From assembly GCA_051313645.2 (NCBI GenBank), contig JBNRSN020000001.1, forward strand, positions 428,048,001 through 428,112,000: 64,000 nt of DNA, written 5' to 3'. Both the position numbers and the translations under genes were made by a program. This stretch comes from Centroscyllium fabricii (taxonomy: Eukaryota). Below are positions 37,756 to 50,697 of the stretch, piece after piece (position 1 is the stretch's first letter; each line of letters opens with the position of its first letter). The notes under the pieces were generated by a model. That model worked only from the letters and a program-made list of their open reading frames with translations, was not told the DNA's origin and ran no database searches.

Positions 37756-39342
37756 TTGTCAGGGTTTATAAAAATTACATTGATTTCAAATGAAGCTGAT
37801 TCAGCTAGTTAGGAAGAACTGAGGGTGCATTTTCATGGATACTAATGCATTGTTAGGCTTAGTGGAAGGGAAGTCATGATGTCATGATGCAAGTCTGTGG
37901 GGATTATCCTTGGTCCCCAAAACCCATCCACAGAGTCTTCTTGGGCTTAAAATAAGGTTGGCACTGTTGGCTGCCCCAGGATGAATGAATCATGGGAAGT
38001 GTCACGTGCATTCATGCACATGATTCTATTGAAGGGTTGAAGATGCTCTATACACTGATGGAATGGTGGCCATTTCTATTCATGAAGTGTGCTGCATTTG
38101 GGTTTGGGGCATATATGGCTACACAGAGTCAATTAGGCCCTGCATTTGTGGGAAAACTACTGCACAGTAGAAGTGAAAGGCTCTTTCTTTGCTGTTGGCT
38201 GCTTCCCAAAGGAAATGTGATGAAATCCCTGGCCCTGGCAAACCTACACATCAGTTACACATTTCATACATCTGTGGACTGAAGGTTAGGAGATGTGACA
38301 GAGATCTTACCTGGAAGGAACCTATCACATTAAAGCTCAAAGCAACTGTAACCTTGACAGCTACTGATAGAGCAGTCCCTGGCCTTCAATTGTGCCTGTA
38401 GAAATCAGCTGAGTTCAGTGATAGCTTCCTTCGGGAATCTGAATTGGAGCTGGCAGGCTTCTTCAGACATGTTCTGATAAGAGACCCTGGGCCTGTATAC
38501 TTGAGTGAGTGTCAGCAATCAGCATAGGTATGTGTCCAAGTAGACTGCCTAAGGAAGGTGCAATCTCAACTGTCTGGCATGACTACTCTGATGCCCCTCC
38601 TCCTCCTCCAGAACTTGCAAATAGAGATGCATGCTCATAGGAATACAATACCTATAACCAGATGATAATAAGCTCTCTAACAACTACGGTTGTACAAACG
38701 GTCACTGACAAAAGATTCACTAGTTATCAGGAAGGCTGCAGTGAGGTTCATTCTCCAAGACTAAAACAGAAACAACCAGTCACTAAGAGATATATGATGT
38801 ACCTTTAAAAACAAGGACCCAACTGAATGGTGCAGGCCTCTTGAACAGTGGCATTTGATGCAGGTGCTCAGTCTATCAGGGGGATCGCGGGAGAGTCCAA
38901 ATGTGCTGCTGTCCAGAGAAACTGCATCTTGATATTTGCCAGCAACCTTGCTGCTGTGACCTGGCTCTCAGGCCCACTGATCTGCATGACCGCTGACTCG
39001 ATGGCACCACAGGTGTATAGCCCTTGGTGATGCACTCCACAGAGTCCAATTTTCCAGCAGCTAGAAAAAGGCATTAGGCCCCTTATTTGCATATGCAAAA
39101 GGACTAATAACTGTTTTAGCCGTGGGCCCTGGACACTCCTTTTCACCCTTTAACAATATGGTGGGTGGCATTCTCCTGGTGCGTAATATGCATGCAGTCT
39201 GCCATATTGGTCGCTTTGGTTCCCATTTTGCATCTGTAAAACAGACGTGCCATCCACCAATTTCTAGGTTAGTAATACTGCAACAGGATGAGAGCAGATG
39301 AAATATATTTCTTCTTTAACCCTTTGCTTAGAGGTTTAAGTC

Positions 39343-39770
39343 TACAACAACAACTTGTATTTCTATAGCGCCTTTAACATAGTAAAACATCCCAAGGCAC
39401 TTCACAGGAGTATTATAAGACAAATAATTTGACACTGAGCCAGATAAGGAGAAATTAGGGAAGGTGACCAAAAGTTTGGTCAAAGAGGTAGGTTTCAAGG
39501 AGCATCTTAAAGGAAAATAAAGAGGTAGAGAGGCGGAGAGGTTTAGGGAGGGAATTCCAGAACTTAGGGCCCAGGCAACAGAAGGCGCAGTCACTGATGG
39601 TTGAGCGATTATAATCAGGGATGCTCAAGAGACCAGAATTAGGGGAATGCAGATATCTCGGGTGTGAGGGGGGCGGAGGGTGGTGGTGTGGGGCTGGAGG
39701 AGATAGAGAGATAGGGAGGGGGCGAAGCCATGGAGGGATTTGAAAACAAGGATGCGAATTTTGAAATGGA
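39343..39770 (-). mobile_element. L2-like LINE 3' fragment
   Basis: Minus FKIRILVFKSLHG..P; tail AAAGGCGCTATAGAAATACAAGTTGTTGTTGT; related piece on + at about 52900-53110. Confidence 0.65.
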
Positions 39771-41159
39771 GGCTAAACTTAAGTCTAAACTGACTTAACA
39801 TGGTATTCATACAATAAGTCTTTGTCAGTTCTCAGACAACTGTTAAAAAAGTTTTACCCTGTCCAAGCAGCTACTTAAAAGGACCATAGTTTGACAAGGT
39901 TAAAGGTCATGGGTAAGAGCTGCTGACAGTCTTGTCTCAGTGTCAGTTTTGACATTAGCTGAAAAATTATTTTTCCCTCTTTTAGTATACAGTAACTGCT
40001 GCTGAAGTGAGCATGAATATTTGTTTCTCTTTGGAGTTGTCCAGTATTTAAATAACTGCCCCTATAGTATAAATGCCAAAATGAAAAGATGTGTATCAGT
40101 GCATCAATGATAAACCTCTACTGATGTTATTTTTGTTATGATTTGAATGTTAAATGGGCACATATTGTATTTAGAATATCCTCACTCTTGAGTACAGCAT
40201 CTGGTCTTTGGCTGGTGTGCAGTTAAAATGGATTTGCTGATTATGAGATGCTTTTAATATTTAGAACATAACATATTTGGCAACTGGTTCCCTGCTGAAA
40301 AAAACAATATGAACAGTTTTTGGAAGGTTAGCAGACACATGTGTTCAACCATTTCAGAAGCCACACTGTGCAACAGAGCTAAACCCCATGTGGTGAAGTA
40401 AATTGAAAATCCAATAAGGTCAAAGTGTCAGCAAATGCGATTTTCGCCCCATTATTGAATTATTAGCTGATATGAAACAACTCTTAAGTATTTCTTGCCA
40501 GCAATCACTAGGGAGTTTTAGTATAATTAAAAGAGCTGGCACACTAGTGTGTGACACATACATCTTATCAGACAGTAGCTGAACTCTGATGAGCTTGAGT
40601 GAACCTCAGGTCACATGCCGGACCACTTGAGGTATCATATACTTGACTCATGGCAACTAAAGTTCAGAAACAAACCATCCCATGTTTTCCATAGGACTGG
40701 CTAATTGTCACTACAGATACCATATGCATCTACCAAGAAAGCCAGAGGAGGTAAGTGTAAGAATGGAGGATTACACATTATTAATTAAATTAACTAATGA
40801 TTATGAATAATGGGGGAAAGTATCCTCTATAAATAATATTTGACAATAAATTGCATAGGCTTGTTTTACATCATGTTATATTTTAGGCTAGAACAGAAAA
40901 CATATTGGGATACAAGTTGGATAGCCCCCAAAAATGGGCACAAGAATTGCGATGCGCGATTAACCCGCGCCCGTTGATTGCACTGCAGGCAGGACGCCAA
41001 CTTGGGCTGCGTGCAGCCAGCACTCCCTGCACTGTTCATTAGCTCCACTCATCAGCAGGAGGCCCAATATCATGAGTGCCTGGCACTACTTAAAGCTAGC
41101 CTGCACTTTTAAAACTGCTGGTGGTGCTGAGATCATTCTAAATATTGTGCTGTGGAAGA

Positions 41160-41700
41160 TGGGAGAGTGCGTGCACCAAGGTTTTTGGATACTGCACTAG
41201 AGGTCTTGGATGAAGAGGTGGAAAGAAGGAGAGATGTCCTGTATCCTCAGGGGGGCTGGAGGCCCTCCAGACACATGCTCAGAAGGCAGTGACAAGAGAT
41301 AGCGGCGGAGGTCAGTGCCAGGAGTGTAGTCCCAAGGACCTGGGTTCAGTGTAGGAAGAAGTTTAATAATCTCACATGAGTTGTCCAGTTCAGGAATGCA
41401 TTTTCAAATGCCTATACCTACCAACTTCACCACTAGCCTCACACACTGCTCAATTCACTACACCCCCATCACTTACCTACAAACAATCTCTATCAATCAG
41501 GACTCATACCTAACATTCATATGCTTCACCTCATCCTTACACACTTAGCACAGTTCTAAGCCTCGCACCCACATCTCATAGCTTGAACACACTGGCAGCT
41601 ATTCAACAATGGCAGCCACATCACCCAATGTTTTAACCCCCATGGAGGAGACAGTGCTGGCCATTATGGGAAGGGCTTTGCTGAGAGCCCTTCTCCACCT
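41160..41700 (+). pseudogene. Harbinger-type Myb/SANT-like DNA-binding protein remnant
   Basis: RAPRFLDTALEVLDEEVERRRDVLYP...IAAEVSARSVVPRTWVQCRKKFNNL with stops; second block LTPMEETVLAIMG; paralogous to 55321. Confidence 0.7.
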
Positions 41701-41834
41701 CCTCCTCATCCCTCCTCTAGCAGCTTGTCCTCCTCTGCATAGCCTCTGCTTATTCTCCCAGTCATGCTCAATGCCAAGAGGGAGCCGTACCAGACCACCT
41801 GCGTCTGGAAGTACTGATCCCTGGGGAACACCAC

Positions 41835-42813
41835 TCCCACAGTCCAAAGATGTGCGGGTAATGCCCCAGTTTCACTGGAGGCTAAGAATGTCAAGAATAT
41901 CAAGAATCGTCAGGAATCGAAATTCTTGGCGATTCTGCAAAAAATGCGAAAATTCGTGGTTGATTCTTGGCGATTCTTGGTGAATTCTTGGCGATTCTGG
42001 ACAAGGTTAAGAATCTATCACGAATTATTGTAGGAATGAGGTACGAATCACTCACGAATATGAAGAATTAATTAACGAATCCACTACGACCTCCACGATT
42101 TAGTTACGAATTCTATGAATTAGCTACGAATTATCTACGAATTGCATTCGTAGTGCATTCGTAGTGCATTCGTGGACATTCGTGGACATTCGTGGACATT
42201 CGTGATGAATTCGGCGTTTTTCCACGAATTTGAGAAAATCAAGAATGCCCAAGAATAGGCAAGAATGCACTACGAATCCACTACGAATCAGTTACGAACA
42301 GTAAGAAAGGGTTAAGAATGATAAGAAAGGGTCACGAATTGTTTAGGAATCTATCACGAATTGGGCATTCGTGAACCCTCCCACGAAATTTTTTGACAAA
42401 CAAAAACTTTCTTGAAACCTCAAAGAAATCTCGCGAACTTCCGCGAACTCTACGAATCCGCTACGAATCCGCTACGAATCCACTACGAATCCACTACGAA
42501 TCGCAAGAATTACCCACGAATCGGACAAATTTCACAATCGGCACGATTCGGCAATTCGTAGCCTCCAGTGAAACCGGGGCATTAGGTTGATTGGCCAGGA
42601 TAAATTGACCCTTAGTGTTAGGGGGATTAAATATGTGGGGTTACGGGGATAGGGTGGGATATGTGTCGGTGCAGGATCGATAGGGATATGGGGACAAGGC
42701 AGGGACAGGGTACTGGGTTTGGATGATCAGCCATGATCTCATTGAATGGCGGAGCAGGCTCGAAGGGCCGAATGGCCTACTCCTGCTCCTATCTTCGATG
42801 TTTCTATGTTTCT
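41835..42813 (+). mobile_element. 5'-truncated V-SINE split by the MITE
   Basis: CTCCCACAGTCCAAAGATGTGCGGG before and the SINE 3' half with tail after. Confidence 0.85.
41861..42582. mobile_element. MITE with 29-bp TIRs inserted in a V-SINE
   Basis: ATGCCCCAGTTTCACTGGAGGCTAAGAAT vs reverse complement ATGCCCCGGTTTCACTGGAGGCTACGAAT; TA on both sides; SINE GATGTGCGGG|GGTTGATTGG joins across it. Confidence 0.9.
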
Positions 42814-43490
42814 ATACCTTCCTCCAGTCCAAAAAACCAACCGTTCACAACTGCTCTCCGTTTCCTGTCGCTTAGCCAATTTCGTATCCATGCTGCCACT
42901 GCCCCTTTTGTTCCATGGGCTTCAATTTTACTGCCAAGTCTATCGTGGCACTTTATCAAACACCTTTTGGAAATCCATGTACACTACGTCAACTGCATTG
43001 CCCTCATCAACCCTCTCTAGTACCTCATCAAAAAACTTGATCAAGTTAGTTAAACATGATTTGCCTTTAACAAATTCATGCTGACTTTCCTTAATTAATC
43101 CACACTTGTCCAGTTGACTGTTAACTTTGTCCCTGATTATCGTTTCTAAAAGTTTCCTCACTATCGAGGTTAATCTGTCTGGCCTGTAGTTGCTGGGTTT
43201 ATCTTTACACCCTTTTTGAACAAGGGTGTAACATTTGCAATTCTCCAGTCCTCTGGCACCACCCTCGTATCTAAGGGGGATTGGCAGATTATGGCCAGTT
43301 CCTCTGCGATTTCCTCCTTAACCTCCCTCAGCATCCCAGGATGCATCCCATCCAGTCCTGGTGACTGATCAACTTTAGGTACAGACAGCTTTTCTAGTAA
43401 CTCCTCTTTATCAATTTTTATCTCATCCAGTATCTCCACTACCTCCTCTTTCACTATGACTTTGGCAGCATCTTCTTCATTGGTGAAGAC

Positions 43491-43825
43491 ATGCAAAGCT
43501 CCTTCAACAGCACCTTCCAAACCCGCAACCTCTACCACTTAGAAGGACAAGGGCAGCAGATGCATGGGAACAGCACCACCTACAAGTTCCCCTCCAAGCC
43601 ACACACCATCCTGACTTGGACCTGTATCGCCGCTCCTTCACTGTCGCTGGGCCAAAATCCTGGAACTCCCTTCCTAACAACATTGTGGGTGTACCTACAC
43701 CATATGGACTGCAGCGGTTCAAGAAGGCAGCTCACCACCATCTTCCCAAGGGCAGTTAGAGATGGGCACTAAATGCAGGCCTAGCCAGCCAGCGACGCCC
43801 ACATCCCATCAATGAATATTTAAAA
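43491..43825 (+). mobile_element. 3' fragment of the 23560-type LINE
   Basis: Closely matches 23940-24250. Confidence 0.78.
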
Positions 43826-44224
43826 AAACGTACTCATTTAGTACTTCAGCCGTGCCCTCTGCCTCCATGTGTAGGTCTCCATTTTGGTCCCTAATCGGCC
43901 CCACCCCTCCTCTTACCACATGTTTATTATTTATATGCCTATAGAAGACTTTTGAATTTCCTTTTATGTTGGCTGCCAATCTATTCTCATACTCTCTCTT
44001 TGCTCCTCTTAATTTTCTTTTCACTTCCCGGCTGAACTTTCTATATTCAACCTGATTCTCACTTTTATTCTCAACCTGACATCTGTCTCTGGCTCTTTTT
44101 CTGTTTCATCTTACTTTCTATCTCTTTCATCATCCAGGACACTCTGGCTTTAGTTTCCCTTCCTTTTCCCCTCGTGGGAATCCATCTTGACTGTACCTGA
44201 ACCATCTCCTCTTTAAAGGCAGCC

Positions 44225-47200
44225 TGTAGTGCCAGCAAGGCCTAGAAACCACGCGTGAGCCAGAGAGCTAGAGAAAACACTTGTTTAATGCATAAGAGTT
44301 AAACAGGAAAGAGAGTGAACTACTCGAAACAAGCTTATTTAAACTGCCCGCCGTTAGTGACGTCATCACGCAGGCAGACGTGGTGACGTCATCGCGTCAC
44401 CCGGATGAGCGGGGCTCTGCCCCGCGGTGTTTCCGTGGCGGATTCGGTGTCCCAGTGGGCGTGCCGCCACACAGCTCCCCCCCAGAATCCGTCCGGGAGG
44501 AATAGAAAAGAGTCTATGTGAGCCGTTGGGGTGGCCGGATGATGCGGCCGGCCCGTGTTGTGCGTTGCTTCTGGTTCTGCGGTGGAGTGTGGGCGGGTGT
44601 TGTTGCGGGAGGGCGTCCGCGTTGCGGTGGTTGTGCGGGGACAGTCGTCTCGCCCGCTATAACGTGTGCCGGCTTGAGCCGGTCTATTGTAACAGTTTCT
44701 GTCCTGTTGCCCATTTGAAGCTGGAAAGCTTTAGCTCCCGCCCGAAGCACTCTATAGGGGCCATCGTATGGTGGCTGTAGTGGTGATCGGTGTCCGTCGC
44801 GCTGGACGAACACAAATTTTGCATTTTTAATGCCGTCTGGCACTCGTGCTGCCGGCTCTCCATGCCGGGCCACTGGTAGTGGCTGGAAAGCTCGTGCCGG
44901 GTTGGCAAAGTCTTTTAGGTACTGGTCGGCTGACCAGGGAGCGTTTGGTTTGGCTAAAAATTCACCCGGCACTGTTAGGGCCTGGCCGTATACGAGTTCT
45001 GCTGCCGAGGCATTTAGGTCCTCTTTGACTGCCGAGCGCAGCCCGAGGAGAACCCATGGGAGACGGTCGGTCCAAGACGCATCCTTGAGGGTGGCTCGCA
45101 GTGATGCCTTCATAGATCGGTGGAACCGTTCGCAGAGCCCGTTAGCTTGTGGGTGGTATGCGGTGGTTCGATGCAAGGTTACCCCGAGATCGCGGGCGAT
45201 GGCCGCCCATAGTGTTGACGTGAACTGGGGTCCTCTGTCGGAGGTGATGTCGGTGGGCACGCCGAAGTGGGCGACCCAGGTGGCGATGAACGCCCTGGCC
45301 AAGTCCGTGGTGCCGGTGGCAGCGAGGGGGACTGCTTCTGGCCAGCGAGTGTTGCGGTCGACCATGGTCATTACGTGCGTGTGGCCCCGGGATGGCGGTA
45401 GTGGCCCGACGAGATCAATGTGGACGTGGTCAAAGCGTCTGGCCGGCACTTTAAATGTTTCCAGCGGTGCCCTGATGTGCTTATGCACTTTGGAGCGCTG
45501 GCAGGCAATGCAGGAGTTGGCCCAGGCGCGGACGTCTTTGCGCAGGCCGCGCCATACGAACCGGGCCGAGATAAGTTTAATCGACGCGCGGGTGCCGGGG
45601 TGGGACAGGTCATGGAGGGTTTTGAAAATGTGTCGCCTCCAAGCGTGGGGGACGACGGGCCTGGGCTGCGGCAGGGACACGTCGCAGCAGACGACGGTGG
45701 CAGCGGGGCCATGCGCGATATTGGCCAAGTGGAGGCCCGGGAGATTTGCTGCTGAGTTGAGCAGGTCGGGGTCGGCCAGCTGGTCAGCGGCCAGCTGGGC
45801 GTAATCGACCGCCATTTGGGCGGCGTTAATGGTGGGGCGTGAGAGGCAGTCAGCGACCACGTTGTCGCGGCCGGAGATATGCTGAATGTCGGTCGTGAAC
45901 TCCGACACGGCCGCGAGCTGGCGCTGCTGTCTGGCCGACCAGGGTTCGGCGACCTTAGCCATCGCGAAGGTGAGTGGCTTATGGTCGACGAAGGCTGTGA
46001 AGTGGCGGCCCTCCAGGAGGAAGCGAAAATGTTGCACTGCAAGATGGAGAGCGAGGAGCTCCCTATCGAAGGCGCTGTACTTGACCTCTGGGGGCCGGAG
46101 TTGCCGGCTGAAAAAGGCCAGGGGCTGCCACGAGTTGCTGGTCCACTGCTCAAATACGGCCCCGACCGTGTGGTCGGAGGCGTCGGTGGTGAGGGCTACT
46201 CTGGCGTTGGGCCTAGGGTGGGCTAGGAGGGTGGTGTTAGTCAGGGCGGTTTTAGTTGCGGTGAAGGCGGTGGCGGCGTCGGCCATCCACTCGACCGCAG
46301 CCTTGTTGGACTGCCCGCGTGTGGCCTGGTATAAGGGGGCCATGAGAGCGGCTGCTCCCGGGATAAAGCGGTTATAAAAATTGACCATCCCCAGAAATTC
46401 CTGCAGCCCCTTAATGGAGTGCGGGCGGGGGAATTCCTGGACCGCCTGCACCTTGGAGGGCAGGGGTATGGCCCCGGTTTGGGAAATGCAGTGGCCGAGA
46501 AAGTCAATGGTTTGGAGGCCGAATTTACACTTGGTAGGGCTTAATATTAGGCCGTGTTCAACCAGGCGCTGGAACAGGGTCCTGAGGTGCAGGAGGTGTT
46601 CCTGGGGGGAGGTGCTGGCCACGAGGATGTCGTCTAAGTAGACGAAAATGAACTTCAAGTCCCGTAGGACTGAGTCCATGAGGCGCTGGAAGGCCTGGGC
46701 CGCGTTTTTAAGGCCGAAGGGCATCCTGAGAAACTCAAAGAGTCCAAAGGGAGTGATAACGGCCGTTTTGGGAATGTCCGCCGGGTGCACCGGAACCTGG
46801 TGGAAGCCACGCACCAGGTCGATCTTGGAGAAGATCGTGCAGCCCGCTAATCTGGCGGAAAAATCCTGGCAGGGTAAATCTGTGCCCGAAGTTCTGGCCA
46901 AGTCCTTGGGTTCGTGGAGCTTGGTTCCTTGCTCTTGCAGGCATGTTTTCTCTTCTAAAGTGTCCTTTGGCTGGTGATCCTTGATCCTGCGCCAGCTTTT
47001 TTTCTTTGGAAGTCGTTCCAATTCGGGGTCACCACTGTAGCGCCAGCAAGGCCTAGAAACCACGCGTGAGCCAGAGAGCTAGAGAAAACACTTGTTTAAT
47101 GCATAAGAGTTAAACAGGAAAGAGAGTGAACCACTCGAAACAAGCTTATTTAAACTGCCCGCCATTAGTGACGTCATCACGCAGGCAGACGTGGTGACGT

Positions 47201-47282
47201 CATCGCATCACCCGGATGAGCGAGGCTCTGCCCCGCGGTGTTCCCGTGGCGGATTCGGTGTCCCAGTGGGCGTGCCGCCACA
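44225..47282 (-). mobile_element. CsRN1-clade Gypsy, gag/protease-deleted derivative
   Basis: 247-bp LTRs 44225-44471 and 47036-47282 (about 6 transitions); TSD AGCC; Trp PBS TGGTGACCCCGA; Gag start FTLP joined to RT QDFSARL. Confidence 0.95.
44514..46870 (-). CDS. Uninterrupted partial RT, RNase H and integrase frame
   Basis: Part of the 849-aa ORF; YLDD, TDASD, HPG..CIAC, DDE motifs; the Gag ATG at 46944 is in a different frame. Confidence 0.75.
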
Positions 47283-47382
47283 AGCCCATTGTTTGATTAC
47301 ATTTTTGCCTGCCAATCTTTGATTCCTGTTTACCCAGGCCAGATCTGTTCTCAACCCACTGAAAGTTGCCTTCCTTCAATTA

Positions 47383-48290
47383 CATAGAAACATAGAAACA
47401 TAGAAGATAGGAGCAGGAGTAGGCCATTTGGTCCCTCGAGCCTGCTCCGCCATTCGATGAGATCATGGCTGATCATCCAAACTCAGTACCCTGTACCTGC
47501 CTTCTCCCCATATCCCTTGATACCTTTATCTCTAAGAATATCTAACTCCTTCTTGAATATGTTTAATGACTTGGCCTCAACTACATTCTGTGGTAGAGAA
47601 TTCCACAGGTTCACCACTCTCTGGGTGAAGAAATTCTTCCTCATCTCTGTCCTGAATGGCTTACCCCTTATCCTTAGACTATGGTCCCTGGTTCTGGACT
47701 CCCCAACCATCGAGAACACCCTTTCTGCATCTAGTCTGTCCAGGCCTGTCAGAATTTTATAAGTTTCAATGAGATCCCCTCTCATTCTTCTAAACTCCAG
47801 CGAGTATAAGCCCAATCGACCCAATCTCTCCTCATACATCATTCCTGCCATCCCAGGTATCAACCTTGTGAACCTTCGTTGAACTCCTTCCATGGCAAGA
47901 ACATCGTTCCTCAGATAAGGCGACCAAAACTGCACACAGTACTCAAGGTGTGGTCTCACCAAGGCCATGTACAACTGCAGCAGGACATCCTTGTTCCTGT
48001 ACTCAAACCCTTTCACTATGAAGGCCAACATACCATTTGCCTTCTTAACCGCCTGCTGCACCTGCATGCTCACCTTCAGCGACTGCTGCTCAAGGACACC
48101 CGGGTCTCGTTGCACTTCCCCTTCTCCCAATCTATTGCCATTCAAATAATAGTCTACCTTTCTGTTTTTGACACCAAAGTGGATAACCTCGCATTTATCC
48201 ACATTATATTGCATCTGCCACACTTCTACCCAATCACCCAACTTGTCCAAATCATCCTGGAGTTTCTCGGTATCCTCCTCGCAGCACACA
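47383..48290 (-). mobile_element. 5'-truncated CR1
   Basis: 268-aa C-terminal ORF2; CATAGAAA tail; same subfamily as 35083-36982. Confidence 0.9.
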
Positions 48291-48838
48291 TTTTTACAGT
48301 ATTTTTACTCTAGATTGTTCCCTGTCTTGCTCCATAGCTAATCTGAAACTTATGATACTATGATCACTCTTCCCTAAATGTTTCCCTACTGACACTTGCT
48401 CCACTTAACCCACCTAATTCCCCAGAACCAGATCCAGCAATGCCTCCTTCCTCGTTGGGCCAGTAACGTACTGATCAAGAAAGTTCTCCTGAACACACTT
48501 CAGAAATTTTTCTCCCTCTCTGCCCTTTACACTTTTACTATCCCAGTCTATATTAGGATAATTAAAGTCCCCCATTATTACTACTCCATAGTTCTTGAAA
48601 CTCTCTGTAATTTCCCTGCAAAACTGCTCCTCTATATCTTTCCCACTAGTTGGTGGCCTATTAAATACACCTAGTAGTTTAATGACACCGCTATTATTTC
48701 TTAACTCTAACCAAATAGATTCTGTCTTTGACCACTTCAGGACATCCTCTCTCCCCAGTACTGTAACATTCTCCTTGACCAATACTGCCACCCCATCTCC
48801 TTTTTTCTTTCCCTTCCCTATCTTTCCTGAACACCTTG

Positions 48839-49584
48839 GGGGGGGGGGGGGGAGGGGAAATTGGGTTGCTTGCGCAGCCATTAGCGCCCTAAGAGGGCTG
48901 CTAATGGGGCGCAAGGCACCTAGCGCCTGGGCTGGTGCCTCCCATCATATTCAGCGGGGCACTGGTGGCAGCGGCAGCCAGTAGTGCCCCATGACGGCAT
49001 GCGCCGGCAGTGACGTCATCGCCATGCGCTGCGCCTCGCTCGCGCCCCGGCCTCAAACTTCACTCGTGCCCCCTGATGTAGCGTCGGACACTGTCGCCGA
49101 CAGGGTCAGCGGGCAGCAGCCGGGCCAGCGCTATTTAAAGGGGGGGGGTGCCGGGCGGCCATTTTTCTTGCTGGCCGCCTGCCAGCACCTGCCCCCCGGC
49201 CTTCCCCGATGCCCCCTCACAGAGTGCTGGCTGTGCTCCATGAGCCCGGCACTTCTCTCGAGTGCTGGGCTCCTTTGGTGGCATTGCGATCGCTGGCGGT
49301 TCAGCGGGGCTCTGGGCCGCGCCATGCTAGGCCACTCCCCTTTAAGATGGGGAGGGAGGCCTGCAGTACCATGGCACGGCGGGCTGCAGAGCGTGGCGCA
49401 GTGACCCACAGTGGCCAAAATTGAGTTGGTGCGCTCAAGGAACGAGATGGGGCACCTGCAGTAGTGCCCCACCTCCTACCTGGGGCGCTAAAACCCAATT
49501 TTAGGCGCAATGGCGCAAACTTTTTTGGGGCTCTAATTTCTGAGATTAGCGCCCCAAATGGGACGCAACCCAATTCCCCCCCCC
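48839..49584. mobile_element. GC-rich Harbinger-like MITE
   Basis: TIR GGGGAAATTGGGTTGC / GCAACCCAATTCCCC; interrupts CR1 endonuclease at a TTA. Confidence 0.72.
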
Positions 49585-49945
49585 TTATATCCAGGGATAT
49601 TTAATACCCAATCCTGCCCTTTTTTGAGCCAGGTCTCCGTTATCGCCACAACATCATATTCCCATGTGACTATTTGCACCTGCAGCTCACCAACCTTATT
49701 TACCACGCTTCGTGCATTTACATACGTGCACTGTAAACCTGTCTTAGACCTTCTTGTATTCTCTATTGGTCTGACCCCACCTATTACTTTACTATTTCTT
49801 ACTCTACTACCATCTGTTTTTTCCCATCCTTTGTGCACTTTGTTTCTCCTTTCTCCTTTCTAATGCACATCCTCCTTTCAAATTAGGTTAAGCCCTTCCC
49901 AACAGCACTAGCAACCCTGCACCCCCCACCCCTTGTGAAGACTAT

Positions 49946-50697
49946 GGGCGCAAAATTCACGCTCAAGCGCCGGCCCGTTAAATGGGCGCTAATCGGGCAC
50001 TGGCGAATTAGCGCTAAAAATAGCGCCCAGCGCTAAATTCAGCTGGGCGTTAAGTTGAGGGCTAACTGGTAGCGCCCCAACGAATTTAGCGCCCAGCTGG
50101 ACGTCGGGAATTACGTCATCAGGCCGCGCAGTGCCTGGAAGGCGCCCGCAGCCGAAATTGGGCAGCGCCCACCGTCTTACCCCTGGGCGCTGCCCGCGCC
50201 AGCTTTCCCCGGCCGAAAAAGCAGTGCTCGAGCGCTGCTTAAAGGGAAGTGCGGCGGTCGGCCATTTTTACTGCTGGCCGACCGCCAGCACCTTCCCCCT
50301 CAGCCGCCCCTGCTGCTCCCCCAGTAGGGTCAGGCCTCCCTCAGCTGAGCCCGGCACTTCCTTCCAGTGCCGGGCTCGTTCTCCGGACCTGATTCCTCAG
50401 CGGCCCCGCGGGGCTCTGACTGCAGCCGCGCTTGGCCTCTCCCCTTTAATGGGGGAGGAAGGCCTGCCATTCCGCGGGTCGCCGCTGCGGCCTCACTCGC
50501 GCAGCGCTGCTCCAACAGCCTGTTATTCGGCCGCTTCGCACTAAGAGGCTGGTGGCCCGCCCGATTCTGCACCCGCCCACCCGTAATGGCCGATGCGGCC
50601 AATATCGTCATTTTTAGCACCAGCTCATCGCTGGCGCTAAAAATAGCGTATCGCCCAGGTCAGCGCCACAAAACGTGGGCTGGCCAATTTCTTCCCC
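49946..50697. mobile_element. GC-rich Harbinger-like MITE
   Basis: Ends GGGCGCAAAATT / AATTTCTTCCCC, flanks TAT/CAT; GCGCTAA arrays; interrupts CR1 ORF1. Confidence 0.62.

Noticed and set aside
38309-38393. Minus-strand segment with strong acceptor and GTAAGA donor
   Set aside because: Stops in all three frames; no support as a coding exon
41880-42560. Repeat array resembling CRISPR or satellite
   Set aside because: No constant repeat with unique spacers; bounded by TIRs; eukaryotic context
44830-45804. Long plus-strand ORFs over CsRN1 pol (also 4560-5339) and minus ORF 60918-62000
   Set aside because: Antisense frames of GC-rich pol coding sequence
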